Shown one piece after another: positions 1 through 12,758 of a stretch of DNA of 32,000 bases. Below the pieces are notes generated by a model that was not told the DNA's origin, did no database searches, and was given only the letters and a program-made list of their open reading frames with translations. The first letter of the stretch is position 1; every line of letters begins with the position of its first letter. A program made the position numbers and the translations under genes. The DNA comes from Candidatus Tremblayella phenacoccinincola (GTDB lineage: Bacteria; Pseudomonadota; Gammaproteobacteria; Burkholderiales; Burkholderiaceae), in NCBI RefSeq assembly GCF_009805595.3, contig NZ_VMQO03000002.1:1-32000 (forward strand), given 5' to 3'.

Positions 1-336
1 ACAATTCCTGAACGAAACTTTAACTAGAATGTTTAAGGATGAAGAATATGTAAGCGAACGGCACCTACATTCTGCAACACTTAAAACAGACTCAGAAGCT
101 GAATATTTGATAAAGTCTACATTGATAAGTCCGTTGTTAGATTTAATTGGAAAAGCTCTACATAAAATCCGTTGTAAACCAACTTGTTGTCTGTTTGAAG
201 CTGGGGTTTTGTGTTGTAAGAACTTATGGAAGGATTCCTTTTGGATTTGAAGTAGGTTAGGAATATTATGCATGTAACTACTTTTGGTAAAGCTCTTTCT
301 TTGGAACGCTAACGCTAGGTTTTCATTATTCATCAT
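1..336 (-). CDS. rpoB: DNA-directed RNA polymerase beta subunit, N-terminal fragment (continues past the left window edge)
   Basis: Absent from the ORF track because it has no stop in the window. Minus-strand translation from ATG 336..334 (or in-frame ATG 333..331) reads M(M)NNENLALAFQRKSFTKSSYMHNIPNLLQIQKESFHKFLQ...GLQRILCRAFPIKSNNGLINVDFIKYS...VAECRCRSLTY. This is colinear with the E. coli RpoB N-terminus (..RIRKDFGK..VPYLLSIQLDSFQKFI..). It sits immediately after rplL as in the conserved rplKAJL-rpoBC cluster, and its start overlaps the rplL TGA stop. Confidence 0.85.
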   Translation of the reverse strand, partial: MMNNENLALAFQRKSFTKSSYMHNIPNLLQIQKESFHKFLQHKTPASNRQQVGLQRILCRAFPIKSNNGLINVDFIKYSASESVLSVAECRCRSLTYSSSLNILVKVSFRNC

Positions 337-710
337 TCTACGTTTGCTTTAGCACCAACGGTTTCTATCTTGGTTTTAATTTCTTCTGCTTGCATCTTAT
401 TCAGATCTTTCTTTATCAGTTTTGGAACATTTTCTACAATGTCCTTTGATTCTTTGAGACCTAAACCAGTCACCTCTCTGATAATCTTAATGACAGCTAT
501 TTTGTTGTTACCAACAGCAGTTAGAATTACCTTAAGCTCTTTGCTATCAGGACTAACGTTAGGTTTTTGATCTTTGGAGTTTACATTAGGTTTCAAATTG
601 GTTAGGCTATTTGAGATATTAAACCTTTTTGCGAGTGCTTCTATCAAGTCATTTAATTCTGTTACGGTCATTGATTCAATCTGTTTCAATAACTCGTCTT
701 TAGACTGCAC
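333..710 (-). CDS. rplL: 50S ribosomal protein L7/L12
   Basis: 125-aa ORF. N-terminal MTVTELNDLIEAL and C-terminal NKIAVIKIIREVTGLGLKESKDIVENVPK...GAKANVE are typical L7/L12. Position is between rplJ and rpoB. Confidence 0.95.
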   Translation of the reverse strand: MQSKDELLKQIESMTVTELNDLIEALAKRFNISNSLTNLKPNVNSKDQKPNVSPDSKELKVILTAVGNNKIAVIKIIREVTGLGLKESKDIVENVPKLIKKDLNKMQAEEIKTKIETVGAKANVE

Positions 711-718
711 ACTTCCTC

Positions 719-1204
719 CTATTTTGTTTTGTTGGTTATTGTTCTTAAGATGGTTAGAAACTTAACCACGAAAAGCTTTAGAACTAAATATAGTTTAGCT
801 GTTAACTCGCTTTTGGTTGGGAGGTTGGCTATTCTGATGATATCTTCTTTTTCTATCAGTTGTTGGTTGTTTTGTATTGCAAACTTAACTTTGTTCGTAT
901 GGACATAGCCTGAGTCTTTGAGAAGCTGGGAAATAGCTTTTATGTCTTTACCATAAACATGCATTAACTGACCTGTAAGGTTAGTTCTCATTTCTTTAGT
1001 AAGCTTCAGGGTTTTCAACGTTGCTTTCAATAAGCTGTTAGGAAATACCTTTATACATATGTTCTGAGAAACTGTTTTAAGTCTAAGTTGAGTTAGCAGT
1101 TGAGAACTTATATTGCTGAAGTCACAAAAAACAACCAGCGTATGGATGCTCATTAGTTTTAATATTGCTGTTGCACCTGCTTTGTTCTTTTTAGAGATCT
1201 TCAT
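719..1204 (-). CDS. rplJ: 50S ribosomal protein L10
   Basis: The ORF track gives 719..1249, but the first 15 codons overlap rplA. Met16 (ATG at 1204) gives 161 aa, close to E. coli L10 at 165 aa. Position between rplA and rplL fits. The sequence is divergent but has the L10-like pattern (..VVFCDFSNISSQLLTQLR.., ..ANLPTKSELTAKL..). Confidence 0.8.
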   Translation of the reverse strand: MKISKKNKAGATAILKLMSIHTLVVFCDFSNISSQLLTQLRLKTVSQNICIKVFPNSLLKATLKTLKLTKEMRTNLTGQLMHVYGKDIKAISQLLKDSGYVHTNKVKFAIQNNQQLIEKEDIIRIANLPTKSELTAKLYLVLKLFVVKFLTILRTITNKTK

Positions 1205-1221
1205 TCGAGAAGTTCCAGATG

Positions 1222-1878
1222 TCAAAGATCCTTTAACGAACCTAAACAAATATGCATACCTTCGCTCATTGTACTAGAGAGTACTAACTTCTTTAGATAG
1301 CTGTTTGTGGTTACATTATTTGGTTTGAACCTTAATATTTCTCTGACTATGCGGGTTATGTTTTCACTAAGAATAAAGAAAGGAAAGCTTAGTTTACCTA
1401 TTGAAACATTTATAGAACCCGACTTACTAGCGTGAAAACATGTCTTTCTGTTTATTAAACCTAAGGAGCTTTTGATGGAGTCTTTTGCAGTTATAACCTT
1501 TGTTGGTTTTAAGTCTGAGTAGTTTAATGTGGTCTTTAAGTTGTTAGGTATCAAAAGCACATGCAGTTTGCGGTTTATTATATCTCTAGGTTGAAAGCTT
1601 CTGTTCTCAACAACATATATTCCTGCTTTTCTGGCAGCATTGATGTTAAGCTCTGCGTATTTATGGCGTTGGGTTAGTCTTGGAACGGCTTGAATATGGA
1701 CGGCTGCTAGTTGGGTTGGTTGATATGCTCCAAGCAGTTTAGAAGTATATATCATGTTGTGGTTAGCTTTAAAAGAATCATGCAACACAATGGAAATATC
1801 TACTGACTCTTCAAACCTCGAACTGAGCTTTTTCTTTATATGGTTAAATGCATCTATTATAGACCAAGTTTTATTCAT
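1222..1878 (-). CDS. rplA: 50S ribosomal protein L1
   Basis: 218-aa ORF between rplK and rplJ. It is divergent but of L1 size with L1-like segments (..FEESVDISIVL.., ..KPTKVITAKD.., ..SINVSIGKLSF..). Its start overlaps the rplK stop by 8 nt. Confidence 0.85.
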   Translation of the reverse strand: MNKTWSIIDAFNHIKKKLSSRFEESVDISIVLHDSFKANHNMIYTSKLLGAYQPTQLAAVHIQAVPRLTQRHKYAELNINAARKAGIYVVENRSFQPRDIINRKLHVLLIPNNLKTTLNYSDLKPTKVITAKDSIKSSLGLINRKTCFHASKSGSINVSIGKLSFPFFILSENITRIVREILRFKPNNVTTNSYLKKLVLSSTMSEGMHICLGSLKDL

Positions 1879-2305
1879 AGTGTGTTCCGACTTTCACTTT
1901 GACTCTCATAGACTTTATGGTTCCTTTGATTGTTTTTATAGCTTTGACTAGGTTTAGCGTATTTAGGTCTCTGAGCTTTATTTCAGCAATGGTTTTTACG
2001 TCTGTATAGTCTATATAGGTTGTTTTAACGGAATGTATGGTTTCGACTCTAGCCAGCTTTTTAATTAAACTTGAGGTCAATGAAGTTCTTGTTCTGATCT
2101 TGAAGCTTTTGTCTTTCTGGATGCTTACAATTGTAGGCACTAATGTTCCTGTTTCTATGGGTTTTGTTAGCATGTTGAAGGTGTTACAGAACTCCATTAT
2201 ATTAACACCCTTTTGTCCCAATGCGGGACCAACCGGAGGACTGGGGTTTGCTTTTCCTGCTGGTATAATTAACCTCAAAGTGCATACTGGCTTTTTTGTA
2301 TCCAT
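1871..2305 (-). CDS. rplK: 50S ribosomal protein L11
   Basis: 144-aa ORF with the L11 hallmark IPAGKANPSPPVGPALGQKGVNIMEFCNTFN. Confidence 0.95.
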   Translation of the reverse strand: MDTKKPVCTLRLIIPAGKANPSPPVGPALGQKGVNIMEFCNTFNMLTKPIETGTLVPTIVSIQKDKSFKIRTRTSLTSSLIKKLARVETIHSVKTTYIDYTDVKTIAEIKLRDLNTLNLVKAIKTIKGTIKSMRVKVKVGTHYE

Positions 2306-2334
2306 GTGGGAGAACCTAGTTAGGATTGGCTGAG

Positions 2335-2550
2335 CTAGGAGAACAATCTTAAAACAGCTGAAATGAGGCTATCGTAAATGTATGAGGCTAACGAAACTAA
2401 CGAAACAATGAACAGACTTACAGTAGCTTCTTCGACTGCCTTCCACCCCAAGCTTCTCCATCGGGTGCACAGTAGTCTTGTCAGGCTGAGATGTTCTTTC
2501 CTACTGTCAGCCTGTTCTAGCATAGAAAAAGGGGATCTCTTCCAACCCAA
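2335..2550 (-). CDS. secE: Possible preprotein translocase subunit SecE (short single-TM form)
   Basis: 71-aa ORF, same strand, ending 29 nt upstream of rplK, where secE-nusG normally sit. The C-terminal half RWRSLGWKAVEEATVSLFIVSLVSLASYIYDSLISAVLRL resembles the SecE core (E. coli ..[40 protein letters not shown]): a conserved W, an acidic residue, then one hydrophobic helix. The similarity is weak and judged by eye only. Confidence 0.4.
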   Translation of the reverse strand: MGWKRSPFSMLEQADSRKEHLSLTRLLCTRWRSLGWKAVEEATVSLFIVSLVSLASYIYDSLISAVLRLFS

Positions 2551-2590
2551 CTCAACTCAACTCCAACTCCAACTCCAACTCCAACCCCAA
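2541..2590. repeat. Penta/hexanucleotide microsatellite: (CTCAA)2 then (CTCCAA)4 within tccaacccaactcaactcaactccaactccaactccaactccaaccccaa
   Basis: Read directly. CTCCAA x4 lies at 2561..2584. Confidence 0.9.
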
Positions 2591-2695
2591 TGAAAGTATT
2601 CATGATAGCTTTCTGATTAGATATAGATACCCATATAACATGCTGTTCCATTTTTGGTTCCATTCTGAAGTCCTTATATCCATATAAGCTACTGG

Positions 2696-2859
2696 AACCC
2701 TCCTTCTATATTCATTCTTTTATATCCATCTATACTACTTCTATACTCATTCCCCCCCCCCTCTAACCAAACCCAAACCAAACTCTCAACACTCTCTATA
2801 TACTTCTCTATATTCTAGCTCTATCTTCTACCACCCACATCCTCCCCACACTTTCTTCT
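2696..2859. repeat. G-depleted (C/T/A-only) low-complexity spacer downstream of 5S rRNA, including a C10 run at 2752..2761
   Basis: Only one G (position 2818) on the plus strand across about 160 nt. Contains ccaaacccaaaccaaac and the short repeat ttatatccat. Confidence 0.85.
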
Positions 2860-2890
2860 GTTCGATTCTTCTGACAAATGCATACAGAGG

Positions 2891-3009
2891 AGCCTGACAA
2901 TACTTACCTTTGCGTGGATCAAGCCCACACTATTCTCAGCGTAAGACCGTTTCACTCAACCTGTTCGGAATGGTAAGGTGTGGTTCCGATCTTCTGTGGT
3001 TGTCAGGCT
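2891..3009 (-). rRNA. rrf: 5S ribosomal RNA
   Basis: The reverse complement reads AGCCUGACAACCACAGAAGAUCGGAACCACACCUUACCAUUCCGAACAGGUUGAGUGAAACGG...UUGUCAGGCU. It contains the conserved CCGAAC...GUGAAAC core and a perfect 10-bp terminal helix (AGCCUGACAA/UUGUCAGGCU). Confidence 0.9.
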
Positions 3010-3023
3010 TGTATTAGATATAG

Positions 3024-5937
<2,914 letters not shown>

Positions 5938-6004
5938 TTCATACAGCTCCACAATGATAGAAAACGTGAACGTTCGAACAGCTCCCCTTTTATATATGCT
6001 TGTT

Positions 6005-7568
<1,564 letters not shown>

Positions 7569-7805
7569 TATATTCCCGTGCACTTAAAAATGTTATCAAA
7601 GCTGAGTTCAATACGTTCAAGCTGAGAATTAAGGAACTTAAAGGATGGTTCGTCGTTTGAATGCATAACAACGGGGTCAACTACAGATTCTTATAGCTAA
7701 TAACCCTTCTGTTAAAAGCTTATGGTTTAACTAACTCCAGTATGGAATGTGGCCTATTGCTCTTTGAGGAATTACCTTCTTCATAGGCTTTATGGGTTTG
7801 TTGGT

Positions 7806-7912
7806 TCTTCCAGCTCTCCTCCAGCTCCAGCTCCTTCTCCTTCTCCTTCTAACTATCCACCTTTCTCCTCTCCTTTTCTTAAGCCTATCTTCTTTCTTCT
7901 TTCTCCTTCCTC
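7806..7912. repeat. G-poor polypyrimidine spacer upstream of the rRNA operon with hexanucleotide arrays (CTCCAG)2 at 7819..7830 and (CTCCTT)3 at 7831..7848
   Basis: Read directly. 7831..7912 has a single G on the plus strand. Confidence 0.85.
7846..7876. repeat. Copy 1 of a two-part spacer module: CTTCTAACTA + TATCCACCTTTCTCCTCTCCTTT
   Basis: 31-nt string cttctaactatccacctttctcctctccttt. The 23-nt right part (7854..7876) is identical to 31930..31952, and the 10-nt left part recurs at 31883..31892. Confidence 0.8.
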
Positions 7913-8205
7913 GAGAGGACATGCAGTAAAGGACAGCTATTGGGTTTATGGTGTGTGGTTTATGGTTATGGTGTTGGAGTTTGTATTTGTTAAGAAGAAG
8001 CCTTTTGGGTCGTTGACTGTTGAGACAGATGGGGCTACTAAAGCTGGATGTCGGGCTCTGATTCATGAAGTACAGAGAAAAGAGACACCTTTTAGGCATG
8101 TGTTAACAAATAAGAATAATTGGGAGTCAGGCCAAAAAGCATAATCCTTAAGAGTTGTGATAGATAAGCGTATTTATTAAACTATTTTTCCAAAGGTGAA
8201 ATGTT

Positions 8206-8778
8206 ATGTTAAGCGTAATAGCTCTACATCGAAAATGGGTTGGTAAAAGCAGTTTGGCAACTAAGAAAGATAACAGCGTTCGAGGTTTCATAAGTGGAAG
8301 CTTTTCAGTTCCAATCTCCATAAAACAAGAAGCAGTGGAGAGGCTTTTAAAAGGAAACCAAAGGATGTGCTGTGTGCTAAATACATTGTATAAAAGAACT
8401 AAAAGCTGTGTAGTTACCAAAGCAATTCAGAAACATTGTGTAAGTGAAGCAGTTTTGCATATAGACTTCTTATCTGTGAACCAAAACGATAGAGTTAATA
8501 TAAAAGTTCCAATCAAAACCGTAAAAGAACCAAAGAGGCAAGTTGGGTTGTTGTGGGCTTTGGTTAAAAATGAGATAGAAGTGAGTTGTTTATACAATAG
8601 AATGCCTAGAGTTTTAGTTTTAGATGCCTTTGCATATGAAGTGGAAAAGCATATATTTTACGTTAGAGATCTATACCTTCCTGAACATGTTGGGTTATCT
8701 TTACAGGAGCAACTGAAGGATTCATTACTACTTAACATGATGAATATAAGGCTTAAAAAGGCTGAAACAGCAGAATGA
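8206..8778 (+). CDS. rplY: 50S ribosomal protein L25 (long Ctc-type form)
   Basis: 190-aa ORF preceded by AAAGGTGA 7 nt upstream. It shows the L25 pattern ..GKSSLATKKDNSVRGFISG.. (GKGxxRRLRxxGxVPAVxYG region) and ..KAIQKHCVSEAVLHIDFLSV..VNIKVPIK..IEVSCLYNRMPRVLVLD..IFYVRDLYLPEHVGL. Confidence 0.65.
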   Translation: MLSVIALHRKWVGKSSLATKKDNSVRGFISGSFSVPISIKQEAVERLLKGNQRMCCVLNTLYKRTKSCVVTKAIQKHCVSEAVLHIDFLSVNQNDRVNIKVPIKTVKEPKRQVGLLWALVKNEIEVSCLYNRMPRVLVLDAFAYEVEKHIFYVRDLYLPEHVGLSLQEQLKDSLLLNMMNIRLKKAETAE

Positions 8779-8887
8779 GGTCCTTGTAGTTCTGCTACCC
8801 TTTGAAGTTCTGGAGGTTTTACTATTTAAACAATGTCTATGTCTGGTTTTCAAATGAAGGAGAAGTCAGGTTCAATTATCAAGAGAA

Positions 8888-10000
8888 TTAATGATGTGCT
8901 TTAAGCTTCTCCAACCAACTCTTTTGCATCGGGCTATGTTTCAAGTCATCTCGGGTTGCTCTTTCAAATTCCATTAAAATACTACGTTGGTATTCACTTA
9001 GTTTTATAGGCACTTCAATTAAAACGTGAACATACAGATCTCCATTCATATTAGACCTAATACTTTTAGCTCCTTTGCCCTTTACTCTGAATATTCTATT
9101 GCTTTGAGTCCCTTCTGGAATGTTAAATGTGACGTTATTTCCTAAAAGAGTGGGAATGCAAATATCTCCACCTAATGCAGCTACGGTATATTTTATAGGA
9201 ACATGACAATGCAGATCACTTCCATTTCGTTCAAAAAGTTGGTGTTGTTTTACATTGATCTCAACAAAAAGATCTCCGTACATACCTGAACTGTTAACAT
9301 CTCCGTGTCCAGAAACTCTAACCTTCATACCACTTTCAATGCCACTTGGTATTTTAACTGATAACCTCTTTCTTTCTTTTAGCCTACCAGAACCCTTGCA
9401 GCTAACGCATGGGTTTGTTATCACTGTTCCCGCGCCATTACAAACTGTACAAGATTGCTGAATGCTAAAGAAGCCTTGAGATATGTGGTTGACTCCAAGA
9501 CCTGCACAAGCTGAACAGGTTTTAGGCTTTGTGCCTGCTTTCGTTCCTGCGCCATTACAAGCGTTACACAATATGTGCCTTGAGATCTGAATCTTTACCT
9601 CATGACCCCGGATAGCCTCTTCTAAAGATACTTCAGCTTTAGCAAACACATCGGTACCCCTATTAAATCTTTTCTTCCTTCGATTAGAGCTGGAGCCACC
9701 AAAGAAGTCTGCAAAAATGTCTTCAAACGTTCCAGTGAATCCTCCAAAACCATGACCCATATCTCCTGACGCTGTTTGTTCACCTAAGCTATGTCCGTGT
9801 TGATCGTACAATGCGCGTTTCCTTTTATCCGATAAAACCTCATATGCTCTCTTTACTTCCTTAAAACAGGCTTCGGAGTTACTGTCTGCGTTTCTATCTG
9901 GATGATACTTCATAGCAAGTTTTCTATATGCTTTCTTTATTTCTTCGTCACTTGAATTCCTATTTATGCCCAGCACTTCATAATAATCCCTTTCTGACAT
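8888..10000 (-). CDS. dnaJ: Chaperone DnaJ
   Basis: 370 aa. It has a J domain (DYYEVLGINRNSSDEEIKKAYRKLAMKYHPDRN), a G/F region, four CxxCxGxG zinc motifs and a C-terminal domain. It lies downstream of dnaK. Confidence 0.97.
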   Translation of the reverse strand: MSERDYYEVLGINRNSSDEEIKKAYRKLAMKYHPDRNADSNSEACFKEVKRAYEVLSDKRKRALYDQHGHSLGEQTASGDMGHGFGGFTGTFEDIFADFFGGSSSNRRKKRFNRGTDVFAKAEVSLEEAIRGHEVKIQISRHILCNACNGAGTKAGTKPKTCSACAGLGVNHISQGFFSIQQSCTVCNGAGTVITNPCVSCKGSGRLKERKRLSVKIPSGIESGMKVRVSGHGDVNSSGMYGDLFVEINVKQHQLFERNGSDLHCHVPIKYTVAALGGDICIPTLLGNNVTFNIPEGTQSNRIFRVKGKGAKSIRSNMNGDLYVHVLIEVPIKLSEYQRSILMEFERATRDDLKHSPMQKSWLEKLKAHH

Positions 10001-10102
10001 TCCTTCAGAGCTCCTGCATTAGATAAAGAATTCAAGCTTGTCGTTCTGTTCCCATTACAAACGTTTCTATGAATGTTAGCTTAAGCTTAAGTAATTATCT
10101 CT

Positions 10103-11998
10103 TTAGCTTTTGATGTCTGCATCAACTATGTCGTTTTCGTTTTCTTTAGTCTTGTCTTGGTCTTTAGTGGTTTCTTTTTTGGTAGCATACATTTGTTCTC
10201 CAATGACTCTTGATTCTTCAATAAGATGTTTGATTCTTGAGTCAATTATGGTTTTATCATCAGACTTCAGAGCTTCTTCAAGAGATTTAATTGATGTTTC
10301 TATCTTTTCACGAACATCAGCTTTAAGTTTGCTACCATATTCCTTTAATGACTTCTTAGTACTATGAACTAAAGCATCTCCTTGGTTTTTGGAATTAACG
10401 AGTTCTTTTAGTTTCCTGTCCTCTTCTTCGTTTAGCTTTGCATCTTCAACCATCTTTGATATTTCGGACTCTGATAAGCCTGAGTTAGCTTTTATTGTAA
10501 TTTTATTCTCTTTACCTGTTGCTTTATCTTTAGCACTAACATGAAGTATTCCATTAGCATCAATATCAAACGTTACTTCGATTTGAGGTATTCCTCTTGG
10601 TGATGGCGGAATGCCTTCAAGGTTAAACTCTCCTAAAAGCTTGTTCTTAGCAGCTATTTCACGTTCACCTTGGAATACTTTTATGGTTACTGAAGGCTGG
10701 TTATCTTCAGCTGTTGAGTAGATCTGTGAGTGTTTAGTTGGAATGGTTGTGTTTTTACTTATCATTTTTGTCATTATGCCACCCAAGGTTTCTATACCTA
10801 AGGACAATGGTGTTACATCTAACAAAAGAACGTCCTTTCGCTCACCTGATAATACTTGTCCTTGAATTGCTGCCCCAATAGCCACTGCTTCATCTGGGTT
10901 AATATCTCTTCTAGGTTCTTTCTTGAAAAAGCGTTTAACTCTCTCTACAATCTTCGGCATTCTGGTTTGACCACCTACAAGAATGATATCATCTATTTCA
11001 GACTTGTTTAACTTAGCGTCTTTGAGAGCTATCCTACAAGGTTCCATAGTTTTTTCAATCAAATCTTCAACCAATGCTTCCAGCTTTGCACAAGTCATTT
11101 TAAGATGTAAATGCTTTGGTCCGTTTGCATCGGCGGTTATGTATGGTAGGTTAACTTCGGTCTGTTGGCTGGACGATAGTTCTATCTTTGCTTTTTCGGC
11201 GACCTCTTTAAGTCTTTGAAGAGCCAAGATGTCATTACGAAGATCAACTCCTTGGTCCTTTTTGAATTCACTTATTATATGTTCCATGATTCTCTGATCG
11301 AAGTCTTCACCTCCAAGAAAGGTATCACCATTGGTCGCAAGAACCTCAAATTGCTTTTCTCCATCAACATCAGCAATCTCAATAACTGAAATATCAAACG
11401 TACCACCTCCAAGGTCATATACTGCAATCTTGCGGTCTTTCGCTTCTGTTTTATCAAGACCATAAGCTAAAGCAGCCGCTGTTGGTTCATTGATTATCCT
11501 CTTAACCTCAAGACCTGCTATTCTCCCCGCGTCCTTTGTTGCTTGTCTTTGGCTGTCATTGAAGTAAGCAGGGACTGTAACTACAGCGGACTTAACTAAC
11601 TCCCCTAGATAATCTTCAGCCGTTCTTTTCATCTTTCGTAGTATCTCCGCAGATACTTGAGGTGGTGCTATTTTTCTACCCCTAACCTCTATCCAGGCAT
11701 CAGAGTTATCTGCCTTTACTATCTTGTACGGCATTATATCTATATCTTTCTGAACCTCTTTATCTTCAAAGCGACGTCCAATTAAACGCTTGATGGCAAA
11801 TAAGGTGTTCTGTGGGTTTGTAATAGATTGTCGTTTAGCAGGAGCCCCAACTAAAACCTCGTTATTGCTTTGATATGCTACAACAGAAGGGGTTGTACGG
11901 GAGCCTTCTGAATTCTCAATAACTCTTGGCTTGCTGCCTTCCATTACGGCTACACATGAATTTGTTGTTCCAAGATCTATACCTATAATCTTAGTCAT
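10103..11998 (-). CDS. dnaK: Chaperone DnaK (Hsp70)
   Basis: 631 aa with [25 protein letters not shown] and the rest full length. A GGAGG lies 5 nt upstream of the ATG, inside the grpE 3' end. Confidence 0.98.
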   Translation of the reverse strand: MTKIIGIDLGTTNSCVAVMEGSKPRVIENSEGSRTTPSVVAYQSNNEVLVGAPAKRQSITNPQNTLFAIKRLIGRRFEDKEVQKDIDIMPYKIVKADNSDAWIEVRGRKIAPPQVSAEILRKMKRTAEDYLGELVKSAVVTVPAYFNDSQRQATKDAGRIAGLEVKRIINEPTAAALAYGLDKTEAKDRKIAVYDLGGGTFDISVIEIADVDGEKQFEVLATNGDTFLGGEDFDQRIMEHIISEFKKDQGVDLRNDILALQRLKEVAEKAKIELSSSQQTEVNLPYITADANGPKHLHLKMTCAKLEALVEDLIEKTMEPCRIALKDAKLNKSEIDDIILVGGQTRMPKIVERVKRFFKKEPRRDINPDEAVAIGAAIQGQVLSGERKDVLLLDVTPLSLGIETLGGIMTKMISKNTTIPTKHSQIYSTAEDNQPSVTIKVFQGEREIAAKNKLLGEFNLEGIPPSPRGIPQIEVTFDIDANGILHVSAKDKATGKENKITIKANSGLSESEISKMVEDAKLNEEEDRKLKELVNSKNQGDALVHSTKKSLKEYGSKLKADVREKIETSIKSLEEALKSDDKTIIDSRIKHLIEESRVIGEQMYATKKETTKDQDKTKENENDIVDADIKS

Positions 11999-12584
11999 TT
12001 AGCCTCCAGCTGTCATGTTGATTAAGGATAACACACTTTCTTGAAACTATTACTAAAGCGGGTCTAAATAAACGACCGTGTATTAAGTGGCCTTTTTGTA
12101 GGACTGAAACCACAATATTATCTGGTTCATTTGTTTCTAGTATTGCAACGGCTTGGTGAAACCTGGGATTAAACATTTGATGTAACGGATTTAGTGTGGA
12201 AACCTTATTTCTTTCTAACACCAACCTAAACTGCCTGATGATTAAACCTATTCCTTCCTTTAACTGCCTAATGCTTGATGAGTCACTTAAAACTAACTCT
12301 AAGCTGTCCAAGAATGGGAAAACACCCTCTGCAAACTTTTCTACTGAAAGCTTCTTGGACTTTTCCAGATCTTCGTGTGCTTTCCTCCTGATGTTCTCTA
12401 GTTCTGATCTGGTTCTTAGGAGGCGTTCTTCTAAATCTATTGACCTCTCATACAGCTTCTTTAGTTCTTCGTTGTTGGCTTTGTTGATAATAAACTCCGG
12501 GGTTGCTTGAGGAAGCATCTTTTTAGTGGTATCAGAAACTGCTCTCTTATCGATTGCTTCTGAGTTATAAGGTTTGCTTTTCAT
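11991..12584 (-). CDS. grpE: Nucleotide exchange factor GrpE
   Basis: 197 aa. It has a coiled-coil N-terminal half (..[57 protein letters not shown]..) and a GrpE C-terminal beta domain (..[24 protein letters not shown]). Its stop overlaps the dnaK start by 8 nt. Confidence 0.9.
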   Translation of the reverse strand: MKSKPYNSEAIDKRAVSDTTKKMLPQATPEFIINKANNEELKKLYERSIDLEERLLRTRSELENIRRKAHEDLEKSKKLSVEKFAEGVFPFLDSLELVLSDSSSIRQLKEGIGLIIRQFRLVLERNKVSTLNPLHQMFNPRFHQAVAILETNEPDNIVVSVLQKGHLIHGRLFRPALVIVSRKCVILNQHDSWRLND

Positions 12585-12620
12585 GGTCTATGATTTGTTA
12601 AGTGATTGATATTGAACAGT

Positions 12621-12678
12621 ATGGAAAAACCATGCGAAGCATGAAAAACCATGCGAAGCATGAAAAACCATGCGAAGC
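12621..12678. repeat. Tandem repeat, 3 copies of a 19-20-bp unit (ATG[G]AAAAACCATGCGAAGC), each carrying the inverted repeat CATGC-GAA-GCATG
   Basis: Read directly: atggaaaaaccatgcgaagc / atgaaaaaccatgcgaagc / atgaaaaaccatgcgaagc. It lies in the divergent grpE/aroG spacer, 37-95 nt upstream of the grpE ATG. Confidence 0.9.
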
Positions 12679-12743
12679 ACAGCTCACATTCTGTTGAGTT
12701 ACGATGATGTATTTAACTGAACTCACCATAGACTACTGTTTCT

Positions 12744-12750
12744 AAGGAGG
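12744..12750 (+). promoter_or_regulatory. Shine-Dalgarno sequence AAGGAGG for the DAHP synthase gene
   Basis: AAGGAGG lies 8 nt upstream of the ATG at 12759. It is complementary to the 16S 3' tail CCUCCUUUA read in this window. Confidence 0.7.
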
Positions 12751-12758
12751 AACAACAA

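Noticed and set aside
29-250. 73-aa plus-strand ORF at the left edge.
   Set aside because: It is antisense to the clearly recognisable rpoB N-terminal coding region, has no known motif, and is treated as spurious.
333-335. Considered a reassigned genetic code (UGA=Trp), as in some tiny beta- and alpha-symbionts.
   Set aside because: TGA terminates rplL at the expected length. All long conserved ORFs (metE, dnaK, mnmG) are intact under the standard code, with Trp at TGG in conserved positions.
2378-2593. 71-aa plus-strand ORF ending in QLQLQLQPQ.
   Set aside because: It is antisense to the secE candidate, and its tail is the translated CTCCAA microsatellite.
7731-8144. Overlapping 122-aa (minus) and 131-aa (plus) ORFs in the spacer upstream of 16S, one very arginine/lysine-rich and the other proline/serine-rich.
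   Set aside because: Their unusual composition is just the translation of the polypyrimidine/polypurine hexamer repeats. Mutually antisense ORFs in low-complexity DNA, without SD or homology, are most likely artefacts.
8148-8420. 90-aa minus-strand ORF.
   Set aside because: It is antisense to the 5' part of rplY, which has an SD and L25 motifs. It has no motif of its own.
12621-12678. Considered whether the 19-bp direct repeats are a miniature CRISPR array.
   Set aside because: The units are contiguous with no spacers, there are only three of them, and no cas genes are present. It is a simple tandem repeat.
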